Source of the DNA: an uncultured Planctomycetales bacterium
Lineage (GTDB): Bacteria; Omnitrophota; Gorgyraeia; Gygaellales; Profunditerraquicolaceae
Length of the DNA: 64,000 bases
NCBI GenBank assembly: GCA_964542785.1
Contig: CAZIUK010000001.1
Location: 332,701 to 396,700, forward strand
Direction of reading: 5' to 3'
Shown here one piece after another: positions 40,320-51,440 of this stretch (within the stretch, counting starts at the first letter, position 1; every line of letters begins with the position of its first letter). The notes below the pieces were generated by a model. The model saw only the letters and a program-made list of their open reading frames with translations, made no database searches and was not told the origin of the DNA. The position numbers and the translations under genes are program-made.

Positions 40320-41123
40320 ATGGATAAGATAATAATTAAGGTTAATAGTTTATCAAAAAACTTTGGCTTAGTTCAGGCTGTTAAAGATATCTCTTTTGAG
40401 GTCAAAGAAAAAGAGATATTTGCTTTTTTAGGGCCTAATGGAGCTGGAAAAACTACAACCATAAGGATGCTTATAACCTTACTTGCCCCTGTAAGCGGAG
40501 ACGCATTGATCAACGGTAATAGTATAATTCATTATCCGGCAAGGGTGCGTAAGGCAATTGGCTATGTGCCACAGATGATTTCAGTTGACGGATCGCTTAC
40601 TGTTTGGGAGAACCTGATGCTTATGGCGCATCTTTATGATGTCCCCTATCGTGAGTATAAAAAGCGGATAAAAGAGATGCTTGGGTTTATTGATTTGGAG
40701 GAATATTCTAAATCACTTGTTAGGACTCTTTCAGGAGGAATGATACGAAAATTAGAAATAGCTCAGGCGATGTTGCATCGTCCAGTTGTCCTCTTTTTAG
40801 ATGAGCCTACTACTGGGCTTGACCCTATTGCCAAGCGCCATATCTGGGAGCATCTCTTAGAGTTGCGCGATACCTTTGGCACAACAATATTTTTCTCCAC
40901 CCACAATATGGAAGAGGCAGAGGATGTGACAGATAGGGTTGCTATTATGAATAACGGAGAGGTTGCGGCTATAGGTGCAATTCCGAATTTAAAAGAAAAG
41001 ACAAATAAAAAGGATGCCACGCTTGAAGATGTCTTTATATTTTTTACCGGTAGCCAACTTCAAACAAACGGAGATTTTCAGGAAATAAAAAGAACAAGGC
41101 TGATACAAAATAGGTTAGCTTAA
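40320..41123 (+). CDS. ABC transporter ATP-binding protein (second copy)
   Basis: It has GPNGAGKTTT, SGGMIRKL and LFLDEPT motifs. Confidence 0.85.
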   Translation: MDKIIIKVNSLSKNFGLVQAVKDISFEVKEKEIFAFLGPNGAGKTTTIRMLITLLAPVSGDALINGNSIIHYPARVRKAIGYVPQMISVDGSLTVWENLMLMAHLYDVPYREYKKRIKEMLGFIDLEEYSKSLVRTLSGGMIRKLEIAQAMLHRPVVLFLDEPTTGLDPIAKRHIWEHLLELRDTFGTTIFFSTHNMEEAEDVTDRVAIMNNGEVAAIGAIPNLKEKTNKKDATLEDVFIFFTGSQLQTNGDFQEIKRTRLIQNRLA

Positions 41124-41124
41124 T

Positions 41125-41901
41125 ATGTTAAAATATATCTTACAGGTTATTAGAAAGACTTGGGTAATGGGAGAGATGGAGGTTAGAAAGCTCCTCCACG
41201 ACCCTACTGAGCTTATTACCCGTACAGTTCAGCCTATACTTTGGTTGGGTATTTTTGGAGAGGCATTAAGCAATATCAGGGCGATACCGACAGAGGGATA
41301 CACTTACTTACAGTTTATCACTCCAGGTATCCTTACTCAATCCATAACCTTTGTCTCAATATTCTATGGACTCTCAGTTATCTGGGAGCGGGATATGGGA
41401 TTGCTTCAGAAGATTTTAGTTACCCCCACGCCACGCTTGGCTTTAGTTTGGGGGAAGATGTTTTCAGCCGCAGTGCGGGGGATAAGTCAAGCTGTGATCA
41501 TCTATATTTTTACCATTATCTTACGAATCCGCCTTATAATTACCCCTTTTTCAATTATTGGGGTAATTCTTATCACTCTACTTGGTGCAGGGTTTTTTAC
41601 CGGATTATCTATGATTATTGCCTCTATAGTAAAGACTCGTGAACGTTTTATGGGGATAGGGCAAGTCATTACGCTACCCTTGTTTTTTGCCTCAAACGCT
41701 ATCTATCCAATTTCAATAATGCCTTCTTGGCTTCAGGTAGTTGCCAAGATAAACCCTCTTTCTTATATGGTGGATGGTTTACGGGTTATGCTGGTTACCG
41801 GGGATATGTCACGTTTGCCTTATAATATCTGTATTCTTCTAATAGCTACAACTATCATATCCTTTATAAGCGCTTATATGTATCCTAAGGTTATTGAATA
41901 A
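41125..41901 (+). CDS. ABC-2 family transporter permease (second copy)
   Basis: It is a hydrophobic multi-TM protein. Confidence 0.75.
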   Translation: MLKYILQVIRKTWVMGEMEVRKLLHDPTELITRTVQPILWLGIFGEALSNIRAIPTEGYTYLQFITPGILTQSITFVSIFYGLSVIWERDMGLLQKILVTPTPRLALVWGKMFSAAVRGISQAVIIYIFTIILRIRLIITPFSIIGVILITLLGAGFFTGLSMIIASIVKTRERFMGIGQVITLPLFFASNAIYPISIMPSWLQVVAKINPLSYMVDGLRVMLVTGDMSRLPYNICILLIATTIISFISAYMYPKVIE

Positions 41902-41915
41902 GAAAGGAATATACG

Positions 41916-42656
41916 ATGAAGACCGAAACCATTAAAAGAAATAAAACTATTACCCGCGATTGGTTTAACCAATGGTCAAATCAGTATGACCAAACATTAG
42001 GTAGGATTAGTTATCATTTAAGGCTATTGGATTTATTGGTAAAAGATTCAGGGGTGAAAGATAATGATAGGGTATTAGATTTAGGTTGCGGTACGGGTTT
42101 GCTTAGTTTGAAATTGTTAGAGAAAGCCGGTTGTTTTATTACCGGCATAGATAATTCTGAAGAGATGATTTCAATCTTTAAGGAGAAGATTAAAAAGTTT
42201 AAGCTAGAGGATAGGATAAATTGTCTTTTGATGGATTTTGACTCATTAAATTTTAAGAATAATTTTTTTGATTTGATAGTTTCTTCAGTTGCTTTGCACC
42301 ACCTTAAAGATAAACTTACTACTTTAAAAAAACTACACAGGTTTCTTAAGCCAAAAGGCACCTTGCTGATAGCAGAGTTAGATATGGATACTACAGGTAG
42401 GCATACTGATATTAAAAGGTTTAAGCGTATTTTAAAAGTTTTAGAACAAGAGTGGATTTTTGCTCTAAAAGATGCAGGGGTTGAGGCTTTTAATAAGATG
42501 TATTTTAACGGGATAAAGCATATTTTAAATCAAGGTGATTATTGCTTAAGCCTTAATCAATGGGCTTCTATTTGCCGTAGGGTAGGTTTTAATAAGGTTT
42601 TTATCAGGCGAGTTTTAGGGCATGAGGTCTTTGGCGTAGTAGTAGCTAAAAAGTAA
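41916..42656 (+). CDS. Class I SAM-dependent methyltransferase
   Basis: It carries the motif VLDLGCGTGLLS. Confidence 0.7.
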   Translation: MKTETIKRNKTITRDWFNQWSNQYDQTLGRISYHLRLLDLLVKDSGVKDNDRVLDLGCGTGLLSLKLLEKAGCFITGIDNSEEMISIFKEKIKKFKLEDRINCLLMDFDSLNFKNNFFDLIVSSVALHHLKDKLTTLKKLHRFLKPKGTLLIAELDMDTTGRHTDIKRFKRILKVLEQEWIFALKDAGVEAFNKMYFNGIKHILNQGDYCLSLNQWASICRRVGFNKVFIRRVLGHEVFGVVVAKK

Positions 42657-43516
42657 TGATGTATAGAAAAAAAATTATCTTTTTCTATTTTTTTATTGCT
42701 GGGTTATTTATATATACAGGTTATAAGGTATCTAAATTATCAGAGCGTATTCAAAGAATAGAAGGCAAGCTTGGAGGTGTTAAAAATATCCTCTGTAATC
42801 AGAAAGATACGGTAGAAAAAGCGCGTAAGTCAGTAGTGCGCATAGTAGGCGGACATGGAGAAGGCTCAGGTTTTGCTGTAAAAAAAGGCGGGTTTATCTT
42901 AACTAACTTCCATGTTATAGCCGATGAGTTAGCCCCGAAAATTATCCTGCCGGATAATACATTTCAGACAGCCAAAGTTATTATGGCGGATAAGGCAGCA
43001 GACCTTGCTATTCTAAAGGTTAAAAAAGATATCCCCACACTTAACTTTGCGCGCCTTAGTTGGGTTAATCCTGTAGAAGAGATTATGCTAATAGGTTATC
43101 CTTTTGGCGGAGAGCTTGACGGAGAATCGTTTGTTACCCGCGGGGTCATTTCAAGATTAGTTCTTGATAAAGAGAACAACCTAAAATATATCTTAACAGA
43201 TATGACCCTTATTGGCGGCGTAAGCGGTGGACCAATGATAAATATTTGCGGAGAGGTGGTTGGAGTTGTCTGTGCGGGGATCTCTCCGGGGGGGATGGGG
43301 ATAGCTATATCATCTGATTCTATATTTGAAAGAGTTATAAAGATGTTAGCTTCGGAAGACCCGCTAAAAGATGTAAAAAAGATAAGTTTTAATCCTGATA
43401 AAAATGCGCTTGAGGCAGTAAGGTCTTTTTATAATTATCTTAAACTCCGCAGTATGGAGAATGCCTTTTGCCTCCTTTCGGATAATTTTATTAAAGGGTA
43501 TTCTTTTAAAGATTGA
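42656..43516 (+). CDS. Membrane-anchored trypsin-like (S1C) serine protease
   Basis: It has an N-terminal transmembrane segment and a His (TNFHV), Asp (DLAIL), Ser (GGVSGGP) catalytic triad. Confidence 0.65.
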   Translation: MMYRKKIIFFYFFIAGLFIYTGYKVSKLSERIQRIEGKLGGVKNILCNQKDTVEKARKSVVRIVGGHGEGSGFAVKKGGFILTNFHVIADELAPKIILPDNTFQTAKVIMADKAADLAILKVKKDIPTLNFARLSWVNPVEEIMLIGYPFGGELDGESFVTRGVISRLVLDKENNLKYILTDMTLIGGVSGGPMINICGEVVGVVCAGISPGGMGIAISSDSIFERVIKMLASEDPLKDVKKISFNPDKNALEAVRSFYNYLKLRSMENAFCLLSDNFIKGYSFKD

Positions 43517-43534
43517 CTTAAGGGGTACGAGTTT

Positions 43535-43897
43535 ATGCTGGATACGAACATTGTTCTTATCAAACCGGATAAAAAAATAGCCGATAGGATACATGTGAAG
43601 CTTTCTACAAAAGACTTGGTTGATGAAAAAATTGCTTATAAATATTTTGAAGGGTTTTGGGATGTTCGTAAAGAGCAGGGCAGGTGGCTTCTTTGGAGAC
43701 CAAAGATTAAAGAAATTAAGGAGCCGGAGAAATCTTGGTTTTTGGATATAGAGATGGCTATAGAGATTGAGAAGTTTTTAAAAGAACGTAAAGATTTTGT
43801 TGAGGATATTGGAATTGCTATGTATAGGTTGTGGACAGAACCGGGGAATGAATACTTAAGCTTAGAGGAGCTATACAAGAATGTCAAAAGTAATTAA
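43535..43897 (+). CDS. Hypothetical protein
   Basis: 120 aa. Confidence 0.4.
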   Translation: MLDTNIVLIKPDKKIADRIHVKLSTKDLVDEKIAYKYFEGFWDVRKEQGRWLLWRPKIKEIKEPEKSWFLDIEMAIEIEKFLKERKDFVEDIGIAMYRLWTEPGNEYLSLEELYKNVKSN

Positions 43898-43972
43898 AAA
43901 TTTTAATTATTTTTTAATTCTATTTTAATCTTAAAGACGCTATATTCTTCTTAGGAAAGAATCTTAAAAAAT

Positions 43973-44794
43973 ATGAAAATAATTATCCTTGTTCCTATAG
44001 CCCTTATCCTTATTTCTTTTCTTCTTACTCGATTTTTGGAGAAGAGGATTCTCTTTCGTCCTTTAAGGCTGGTAGTTAATACGCCTCAATCTGTGGGGTT
44101 AGAGTATGAAGAGGTCTTTTTTAAGTCTTTTGATGATGTTAGGCTAAACGGCTGGTTTATCCCGGCAAAGGGCGCTTTATTAACGATCCTTTATTTTCAC
44201 GGCAATGCCGGAAATATAAGCCATAGGATTGAGGTGGCTAGAGCCTTTAATTCCCAAAAATTTAATTTTTTTATATTTGATTACCGTGGTTTTGGCAAAA
44301 GCAAAGGCTCTCCAAGTGAAGAGGGGACTTATTTAGACGGTATAGCAGCATATAATTACCTTATTAACGAGAAAAATATTTTACCTAAAAATATAGTCTT
44401 ATACGGTAAATCTTTAGGCGCGGCAGTTGCGGTTAATACCGCAATTAAGGTAAAAGCAGGCGTATTAATTTGTGAGAGCAGTTTTGCTTCAACTAAAGAT
44501 ATGGTTAAGGAGTTTTATGGGTTGATCCCTCTTTGGACCTTTATTAGCCAAAGATATGATACTTTAGAGAAGATCCGCCGGGTTGATATTCCTCTTTTAG
44601 TTATGCATAGCCCTAAGGATGAGATTATTCCTTTTAGGCATAGTAAGAGGTTATTTAAAAAAGCAAGGGAGCCAAAGGAGCTGTATATAATGAAGGGTGG
44701 GCATAATGACGCCTTTTATATTTATAAAACCGAGATTATGAAACGGATGGAAGATTTTTTAATAAAATATTCAAAACAACCTAATAACCTTTAA
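43973..44794 (+). CDS. Alpha/beta hydrolase
   Basis: It has an N-terminal transmembrane segment, the nucleophile elbow GKSLG, and the HGxxD and H motifs. Confidence 0.65.
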   Translation: MKIIILVPIALILISFLLTRFLEKRILFRPLRLVVNTPQSVGLEYEEVFFKSFDDVRLNGWFIPAKGALLTILYFHGNAGNISHRIEVARAFNSQKFNFFIFDYRGFGKSKGSPSEEGTYLDGIAAYNYLINEKNILPKNIVLYGKSLGAAVAVNTAIKVKAGVLICESSFASTKDMVKEFYGLIPLWTFISQRYDTLEKIRRVDIPLLVMHSPKDEIIPFRHSKRLFKKAREPKELYIMKGGHNDAFYIYKTEIMKRMEDFLIKYSKQPNNL

Positions 44795-44937
44795 GATTAG
44801 GCATAGTTAGTCCCACCTTTTGCAATAAGAAATAAACTTATCTAAAAAAGATAAAAAACCTTTAGACTATTTGCTATACAATTTTTATTAGCTATGATAA
44901 AATTGTCAGGAAGAAAGGTTTAAAATAGGTAAGAGGA

Positions 44938-47529
44938 ATGCTTAATTTCAATAAAATGACTCAAAAGGTCCAGGAGGCAATAGAGGGTGCGTTAAAAATA
45001 GCCCGGAGTAACTTAAATCAAGAGGTAGATATTGAGCATCTTTTACTCTCTTTATTAGAGCTTAAGGATAGTATAGTTATAGATATTTTTGAAAAGCTTG
45101 GTGTCGATATACAGGTATTTAAGCGTGAAATTGAATCTATAATTTCAGCCAAGCCTCAGATAGAAGGAAGGGGCATTCAGGAGCGTCTTTCACCCGAACT
45201 TATTGGGTTATTAGATGCCGGCGCTAAAGAGTCAGAGTTTTTACAGGATGAGTATTTAAGTGTTGAACATCTTTTGCTGGCAATGGTAGAGGTAAAGCAG
45301 ATGCAGGTATCGGATATATTTAGTAGGCACCATATTACACGCGAAGCGATTTTAAACGTATTAAAAGATATAAGAGGAGAGCAAAAAGTGACAGACCAGA
45401 ACCCTGAGAACAAATATCAAGCCTTAAAGCGTTATAGCCGCGACCTAACCGAACTTGCAAGTTTAGGTAAGCTTGATCCGGTTATTGGGCGCGACAGCCA
45501 GATTCGTAGGGCAATACAGGTTCTTTCCAGAAGAACAAAGAATAATCCGGTTTTAATTGGAGACCCCGGAACAGGCAAGACCGCAATTGCTGAAGGCCTT
45601 GCAAAGAGGATCTCCGACGGAGATGTTCCTACTACGCTTAAAGATAAAAGGATAGCGGCCTTAGATATAGGTTCGCTTGTAGCAGGAGCAAAGTTTAGAG
45701 GGGAGTTTGAGGAGCGGCTTAAGGCAGTTTTAAAAGAGATAGAGGCAAAAAAAGGAGAGGTGATTCTTTTTATAGATGAGCTTCATACCCTTGTTGGGGC
45801 TGGGGCAGCAGAGGGGTCAATTGATGCCTCAAATATGCTCAAGCCTGCCTTAGCACGCGGAGAGTTGCGTTGCATCGGTGCAACGACCCTTGATGAGTAC
45901 CGTAAGTATATTGAAAAAGATAAGGCCTTAGAGAGGCGTTTTCAACCGATATATATAGGCGAACCAACCGTAGAGGATACTATAGCGATACTGCGTGGCA
46001 TTAAAGAGAGATATGAGATTTATCACGGGGTAAGGATAAAGGATAGTGCTTTAGTTGCTGCGGTCACACTTTCCGATAGGTATATAACTGACCGTTTTTT
46101 GCCGGATAAGGCGATAGATTTAATAGATGAGGCGGCTTCAAAACTGCATATAGAGATTGATAGTTTGCCTACAGAGATAGATATTTTACAGCGAAAGATA
46201 GTACAACTTCAGATAGAGGCTCAAGCCCTTAAAAAAGAGAAGGACCAATCTTCTAAAGAGCGTTTAAAGAAGATTGAGTTAGAGTTAAACGAATTAAAGA
46301 AGGGGTATGACGAAAAGAAGTCAGCGTGGGAGAAAGAGAAGGGCGCTATTGGTCGTGTGCGGGATATAAAAGAGAAGATAGAATCAGCAAAGATAGAAGA
46401 GGCAAGGTATGAGAGAGAGGCGCGTTTAGATAAGGTAGCAGAGATACGTTACGGCGTATTAAGGCAGCTAGAGCAAGAGCTTGTTGAGGAGAATAAGAGG
46501 TTATCTAAGGAGCAAAGTAAGGAGAGGATACTTAAGGAAGAGGTTGGAGAAGAGGATATTGCTGAGATAGTCTCAAAGTGGACGGGCATTCCTATTTCAA
46601 GGCTTATGGAAGGAGAGATTCAAAAGCTTATCCATATGGAAGAAGCTTTGAAGTCTCGGGTGGTTGGGCAAGATGAGGCGATTACTCTTATTTCTGATGC
46701 TATACGAAGGTCGCGTTCGGGGCTTTCTGATTTAAAGCGTCCCATCGGTTCATTTATATTCTTAGGCCCTACTGGAGTAGGTAAGACTTATTTAGCGAAG
46801 ACCTTGGCAAATTTTCTTTTTAATGATGAGAATGCAGTAGTAAGGATAGATATGTCTGAATATATGGAGAAGCATGCTGTCTCTCGTCTTATAGGTGCTC
46901 CTCCGGGTTATGTTGGCTATGAAGAAGGAGGGCAACTTACAGAGAAGATTAGGCGTAGGCCCTATTCGGTAGTTTTATTTGATGAGATAGAAAAAGCCCA
47001 CTATGATGTCTTTAATATTCTTTTGCAGATATTAGATGATGGGAGGTTGACTGACGGGCAGGGGAGGGCAGTAAACTTTAGAAACACGATAGTAATTATG
47101 ACTTCAAATATAGGGAGTGAATATTTTCAGGATTCGTCTTTTTCAAAGAGTGAGCTTGACAAACGTATTAAAGAGTCGCTTAAGAATAACTTTAGGCCCG
47201 AGTTTTTAAACCGCATTGATGAGATAATAGCCTTTAATAAGCTTACCGAGGTAGATTTAGAAAAAATAATCAATCTTCAGTTAGATGAGATAAAGGATAA
47301 ACTTAAAGATCGTAAGATAGCGCTTAAGATAGATAAGGTTGCTTTAGATGAGCTTTTACAAGAAGGGTTTGATCCGGACTTTGGCGCAAGGCCTATGCGC
47401 AGGCTTATACAGAAGAAGATTCAGGATAAGCTCGCCCTTAAGATATTAGAGGGAGAGTGTAAGGATGGAAGCGAAGTTATGGTCTCTTTTGACAAAAAGA
47501 GCGGGGATTTTACTTTAAAGGTTAAGTAA
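44938..47529 (+). CDS. clpB: ATP-dependent chaperone ClpB
   Basis: 863 aa. It has two AAA+ modules (GDPGTGKT and GPTGVGKT), an M-domain coiled coil and an N-terminal Clp_N repeat. Confidence 0.9.
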   Translation: MLNFNKMTQKVQEAIEGALKIARSNLNQEVDIEHLLLSLLELKDSIVIDIFEKLGVDIQVFKREIESIISAKPQIEGRGIQERLSPELIGLLDAGAKESEFLQDEYLSVEHLLLAMVEVKQMQVSDIFSRHHITREAILNVLKDIRGEQKVTDQNPENKYQALKRYSRDLTELASLGKLDPVIGRDSQIRRAIQVLSRRTKNNPVLIGDPGTGKTAIAEGLAKRISDGDVPTTLKDKRIAALDIGSLVAGAKFRGEFEERLKAVLKEIEAKKGEVILFIDELHTLVGAGAAEGSIDASNMLKPALARGELRCIGATTLDEYRKYIEKDKALERRFQPIYIGEPTVEDTIAILRGIKERYEIYHGVRIKDSALVAAVTLSDRYITDRFLPDKAIDLIDEAASKLHIEIDSLPTEIDILQRKIVQLQIEAQALKKEKDQSSKERLKKIELELNELKKGYDEKKSAWEKEKGAIGRVRDIKEKIESAKIEEARYEREARLDKVAEIRYGVLRQLEQELVEENKRLSKEQSKERILKEEVGEEDIAEIVSKWTGIPISRLMEGEIQKLIHMEEALKSRVVGQDEAITLISDAIRRSRSGLSDLKRPIGSFIFLGPTGVGKTYLAKTLANFLFNDENAVVRIDMSEYMEKHAVSRLIGAPPGYVGYEEGGQLTEKIRRRPYSVVLFDEIEKAHYDVFNILLQILDDGRLTDGQGRAVNFRNTIVIMTSNIGSEYFQDSSFSKSELDKRIKESLKNNFRPEFLNRIDEIIAFNKLTEVDLEKIINLQLDEIKDKLKDRKIALKIDKVALDELLQEGFDPDFGARPMRRLIQKKIQDKLALKILEGECKDGSEVMVSFDKKSGDFTLKVK

Positions 47530-47561
47530 AAAAATGCTTGTAGTTTTTTAGAGATATAGAT

Positions 47562-48374
47562 ATGATAGAATGGTTTAAATTATCCTATCCTATAATCCAA
47601 GCGTTAATTGCAGGAGTCTTTACTTGGGGGCTAACTGCCTTAGGTGCTGCTATTGTTTTTGCCACAAGGGATTTTAGCCAAAAAATATTTGATTCTATGT
47701 TGGGGTTTGCCGCGGGGGTTATGCTTGCGGCGAGTTTTTGGTCGCTCTTAGCTCCGGCAATAGAAATGTCTATACACAGCGGCATGATACCTTGGCTTGC
47801 TCCTGCTTTAGGCTTTTTGCTTGGAACGATATTCTTAAGGTTAATAGATAAGATGCTTCCTCATTTACATCTTGGGTTTCCTGCTAATGAGGCAGAGGGG
47901 GTAAAGACATCTTGGCAGAGGAGCATACTTTTAATTCTTGCTATTACTATACATAATATTCCTGAAGGGTTAGCCGTAGGGGTTGCTATTGGTGCAGCGG
48001 CCTCAGGTTTTCCTGAAGCTACATTGTTTTCAGCAATGGCTTTGACTTTTGGAATAGGAATTCAAAATATCCCCGAAGGTTTAGCAGTTTCAGTTTCTCT
48101 GCGTAGGGAAGGTTTTTCAAAGTTTAAAAGTTTTTGGTATGGACAACTTTCAGCAATAGTTGAACCGATAGCTGCAATTATCGGAGCAGCAGCAGTGCTT
48201 TGGGCAAAGCCGCTGTTGCCTTATGCGTTAGGTTTTGCTGCGGGTGCTATGATTTTTGTAGTTATAGAAGAGGTTATCCCTGAATCCCAACGCAACGGAC
48301 ATACGGATTTAGCAACTGCAGGGGCGATTGTCGGTTTTTTGGTGATGATGATTTTTGATGTAGCATTTAGTTAG
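47562..48374 (+). CDS. ZIP family metal (zinc) transporter
   Basis: It is a multi-TM protein with the HNIPEGLAVG and QNIPEGLAV motifs. Confidence 0.75.
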   Translation: MIEWFKLSYPIIQALIAGVFTWGLTALGAAIVFATRDFSQKIFDSMLGFAAGVMLAASFWSLLAPAIEMSIHSGMIPWLAPALGFLLGTIFLRLIDKMLPHLHLGFPANEAEGVKTSWQRSILLILAITIHNIPEGLAVGVAIGAAASGFPEATLFSAMALTFGIGIQNIPEGLAVSVSLRREGFSKFKSFWYGQLSAIVEPIAAIIGAAAVLWAKPLLPYALGFAAGAMIFVVIEEVIPESQRNGHTDLATAGAIVGFLVMMIFDVAFS

Positions 48375-48392
48375 AAAAAGGGGGGGCTGAAG

Positions 48393-48995
48393 ATGAATAG
48401 AAAGATTTTAATAGGGATAATTGTAATTTTAGGGCTTATAGTCCTTGTTGAGACAGATTATATTTTAAAGATTAGACAAAGGCCTATGCCAAGAAGAGTT
48501 GCTGCTATTGCTCATCCTGCGTTTGTGGTAGGTTATCCTTTTTATAGAGAGCAGGACCCTTTTGTAGATATGAAGAGATTACAGAGAAAAATAAATAGGA
48601 TTTTTGATGATAGGTTTTTTAATACGCCAAGAATGAAGAAGGATACGATGATTCAACCAATCTTTAAAAATGGAACAGGTTTAATAGAGCAGGATGGCAA
48701 ATATTTTTTAAAAATTGAGCTTGGGGGGGTGGATAAAAAAGCAATAAATATAGAAGTTAAAGGGAGATTTTTGGTAATCTTTGGGGAAAGAGAAAAGGAG
48801 GAGTTGAAAGAAGGAGAAGGTCTAGCAGAGCAAAAGTTCAGTTATGGTTCTTTTTATCATAGAGTACTTCTTCCACCGGATGCTTCGGTTAAAGATATAA
48901 CCTCAGAGTATAAGGATGGAGTTTTAACCGTAGCCATTCCTAAAGAAGTACGAAAGAAAAACTCTAAGGAGAAGGTTAAAATCTTGGTTCAATAA
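48393..48995 (+). CDS. Hsp20/alpha-crystallin family small heat shock protein
   Basis: The C-terminal region has an alpha-crystallin domain (GVLTVAIPK). Confidence 0.7.
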   Translation: MNRKILIGIIVILGLIVLVETDYILKIRQRPMPRRVAAIAHPAFVVGYPFYREQDPFVDMKRLQRKINRIFDDRFFNTPRMKKDTMIQPIFKNGTGLIEQDGKYFLKIELGGVDKKAINIEVKGRFLVIFGEREKEELKEGEGLAEQKFSYGSFYHRVLLPPDASVKDITSEYKDGVLTVAIPKEVRKKNSKEKVKILVQ

Positions 48996-48997
48996 AA

Positions 48998-49690
48998 ATG
49001 TTTATTTTTAGGTATGTTCTTTTCGCCTTGTTCTTTCTTTCGGGTTGCTCTCTTAAGCAGGGTAGTATAGATACAGAGTTACCTTTGGCTCAAGGGAGTT
49101 TTGCTTTAGGGACGTTACAAAATCCGATAATTGATAGTAATATATCTTTAAGCGAAGCCTTACGTAAAGAAGCTCCACTTGAGTTAAAATCTAAGCAGAG
49201 ATTAGTGGAAGTGTTCTATTACTCTTTTGACGGAAAGGTACATAAGGGACAGGTCCTTATAGATTCAAGGCTGGTTGAGGATGTAAAGGAGGTTTTTAGA
49301 GTAGTCTTGGAAAGTAAGTTTCCTATTGGTTCTGCTATTCCTATTTCACACGATAAGTTTTATAAAGATGGTAAATGGAATGATGATGATATGTCAATGT
49401 TCTCTAATAATTCATCAGGTTTTAATTACCGAAAAGTTACCGGAGGTAAAAAACTTTCCTTACACGCTTATGGATATGCCTTAGATATTAATCCTCAACA
49501 AAATCCTTATATAAAAGGAGATATTATTTTGCCGGCAGGAGCAGTCTATAATTTACAAGTACCCGGAACACTTACTTTGGATTGTCCGGTAGTAAAAACT
49601 TTTCTTTCTTTGGGTTGGAAGTGGGGAGGAGATTGGAAGTCTTTAAAAGATTATATGCACTTTGAGAAAGTGCCCGGTGATTTTAACTAA
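48998..49690 (+). CDS. M15-family peptidase (VanY/DD-carboxypeptidase-like) lipoprotein
   Basis: It has a lipobox signal peptide (LSGCS) and the motifs SLHAYGYALDIN and WKWGGDW...HFE. Confidence 0.6.
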   Translation: MFIFRYVLFALFFLSGCSLKQGSIDTELPLAQGSFALGTLQNPIIDSNISLSEALRKEAPLELKSKQRLVEVFYYSFDGKVHKGQVLIDSRLVEDVKEVFRVVLESKFPIGSAIPISHDKFYKDGKWNDDDMSMFSNNSSGFNYRKVTGGKKLSLHAYGYALDINPQQNPYIKGDIILPAGAVYNLQVPGTLTLDCPVVKTFLSLGWKWGGDWKSLKDYMHFEKVPGDFN

Positions 49691-49798
49691 ATTAAGAAAG
49701 TTTTTATTGGAGATAAGGTATATATTATTGCTGTATGGTTTTGCCCTAATAAGTTAGCTTTGGAAGCGATTGTTTTAGTAGCGTAAAAGGAGGGAAAG

Positions 49799-50431
49799 AT
49801 GTTTTTAAGGATTATTCGCGAGTTAAAAGAGCACGCTCCGTTTACCCTTTTTGGGGCGCTAACAGGTATTGTTTTAATGCTTCTTTTAAAAGATATCCCC
49901 CATGGTCTTGCGCATAAGTTATTTTACATATTTCACCCTTTACACATCGCTCTAAGTGCTATAGTAACAACTTCTTTGTATAGAATGTACCTTACGGATG
50001 AGAAGCCCGGGATTAAGATATTTTTTAAAATTTTAGCAGTAGGGTATATTGGTTCAGTAACCGTAGGGACCTTAAGCGACTCTTTAATACCTTTTTGGGG
50101 AGAGGCGTTCTTAAATATGCCGCATCGGCATATTCATTTAGGTTTTATTGAAAAGTGGTGGATTATTAATCCAATAGCTTTTATTGCTATTGCCGTATCT
50201 TACAAAAAGCCTTATACTAAATTCCCACATGCAGCCCATGTCCTTATAAGCACATGGGCGTCTCTTTTCCATATGCTTATGGCTATGGATACTTTAGGTA
50301 GGGTGCCTTATTTAGGAATTTTTATATTTTTATTCATCGCTGTTTGGTTGCCGTGTTGTTTTAGCGATATAGTATTTCCTTTATTATTTATTAAGGATAA
50401 GTCTAAGATTAAAACTTGTATTCACCTTTAA
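49799..50431 (+). CDS. Hypothetical integral membrane protein
   Basis: 210 aa and multi-TM. Confidence 0.45.
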   Translation: MFLRIIRELKEHAPFTLFGALTGIVLMLLLKDIPHGLAHKLFYIFHPLHIALSAIVTTSLYRMYLTDEKPGIKIFFKILAVGYIGSVTVGTLSDSLIPFWGEAFLNMPHRHIHLGFIEKWWIINPIAFIAIAVSYKKPYTKFPHAAHVLISTWASLFHMLMAMDTLGRVPYLGIFIFLFIAVWLPCCFSDIVFPLLFIKDKSKIKTCIHL

Positions 50432-50620
50432 ACCATAATGATTTTAATGGGCTGGTAAGTATTTTTTTATAGTTATTTGTCTCTTGACAAGAAGAGTAAT
50501 GATGTTAGACTATTTAGCGGCAATAACGCTTTATAGTTTATTGGGTTCGGAGAGCAAGTCTTTCTTGAAGGTTTTTGGATGGTCGGGCCGCCATTTGCGA
50601 AATTTGCATAGAGCGGCTTT

Positions 50621-51415
50621 TTGTTTAGGGAGAAAAAGATCATGGTAAATATCGGGTTATTTGGTTTCGGAAGGACTGGTAGAGCCGTTGCGCAGGAAGT
50701 TATTAATGATAAGGATATGCATCTTGCATGGGTTATAAGAAAAACTCATAATGACGAGGGGAATTATGCTAGTAACTTTTTTGGGCTAAAATCAAAACAG
50801 GGTAAGATATACAGCGCTTCAAGTTTAAATTTTAAAAGGTTCTATAAAGACAATCACGTTGATTTAATTATTGATTTTTCTGCTTCTTCTGCAGTTGAAG
50901 AGTACAAGATGGCCGCATCTTTAGGGACAAAGATTGTCTCGGCAATTTCTAGGTATAAAGTAAAAGATTTAAGAAAGCTAAAGAGTCTAGCTGATAAGAC
51001 AGCAGTTCTTTATTCCCCAAATATTACAATTGGGATTAATTTTTTAATAGTAGCTTCTCAGGTCTTACAGCAGATAGCTCCGGATGTGGATATAGAGATT
51101 GTTGAGGAGCACTTTAGAAATAAAAAAGAGATATCCGGGACTGTGCTTAGGATAGCCCAACTTTTAGGGCTCTCCAATAAACAACATGTTAATTCTGTGC
51201 GAGTAGGCGGGATCGTAGGAAAGCATGAGGTTATATTTGGTTTTCCTAATCAGACCATAAGAATAGCGCATGAATCAATAAACCGCGTAGCCTTTGCCAA
51301 GGGGGCTATACACGCTGCTAAGTGGCTTGTAAAAAGGAAGAAAGGGCTTTATACTATGGAGCAGGTTATGGCTTCTGATTTTATGAGGCATAGTAGGACT
51401 ATCCATAGAAAATAA
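50621..51415 (+). CDS. Dihydrodipicolinate reductase (DapB)-like protein with a divergent catalytic motif
   Basis: It has an N-terminal GxGxxG (GLFGFGRTGR). The region EIVEEHFRNKKEISGT aligns with DapB E(A)HHRHKxDAPSGT, but the catalytic His residues are replaced by F and N. The segment VRVGGIVGKHEVIFG is similar to DapB VRAGDIVGEHTAMF. Confidence 0.5.
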   Translation: MFREKKIMVNIGLFGFGRTGRAVAQEVINDKDMHLAWVIRKTHNDEGNYASNFFGLKSKQGKIYSASSLNFKRFYKDNHVDLIIDFSASSAVEEYKMAASLGTKIVSAISRYKVKDLRKLKSLADKTAVLYSPNITIGINFLIVASQVLQQIAPDVDIEIVEEHFRNKKEISGTVLRIAQLLGLSNKQHVNSVRVGGIVGKHEVIFGFPNQTIRIAHESINRVAFAKGAIHAAKWLVKRKKGLYTMEQVMASDFMRHSRTIHRK

Positions 51416-51440
51416 TAATCATATCTGATGGGGTAAGTAT

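Noticed and set aside
44795-44937. Looked for a CIRCE/HrcA or HAIR heat-shock operator upstream of clpB
   Set aside because: No TTAGCACTC-N9-GAGTGCTAA or CTTGAGT-N7-ACTCAAG element is present, only AT-rich sequence.
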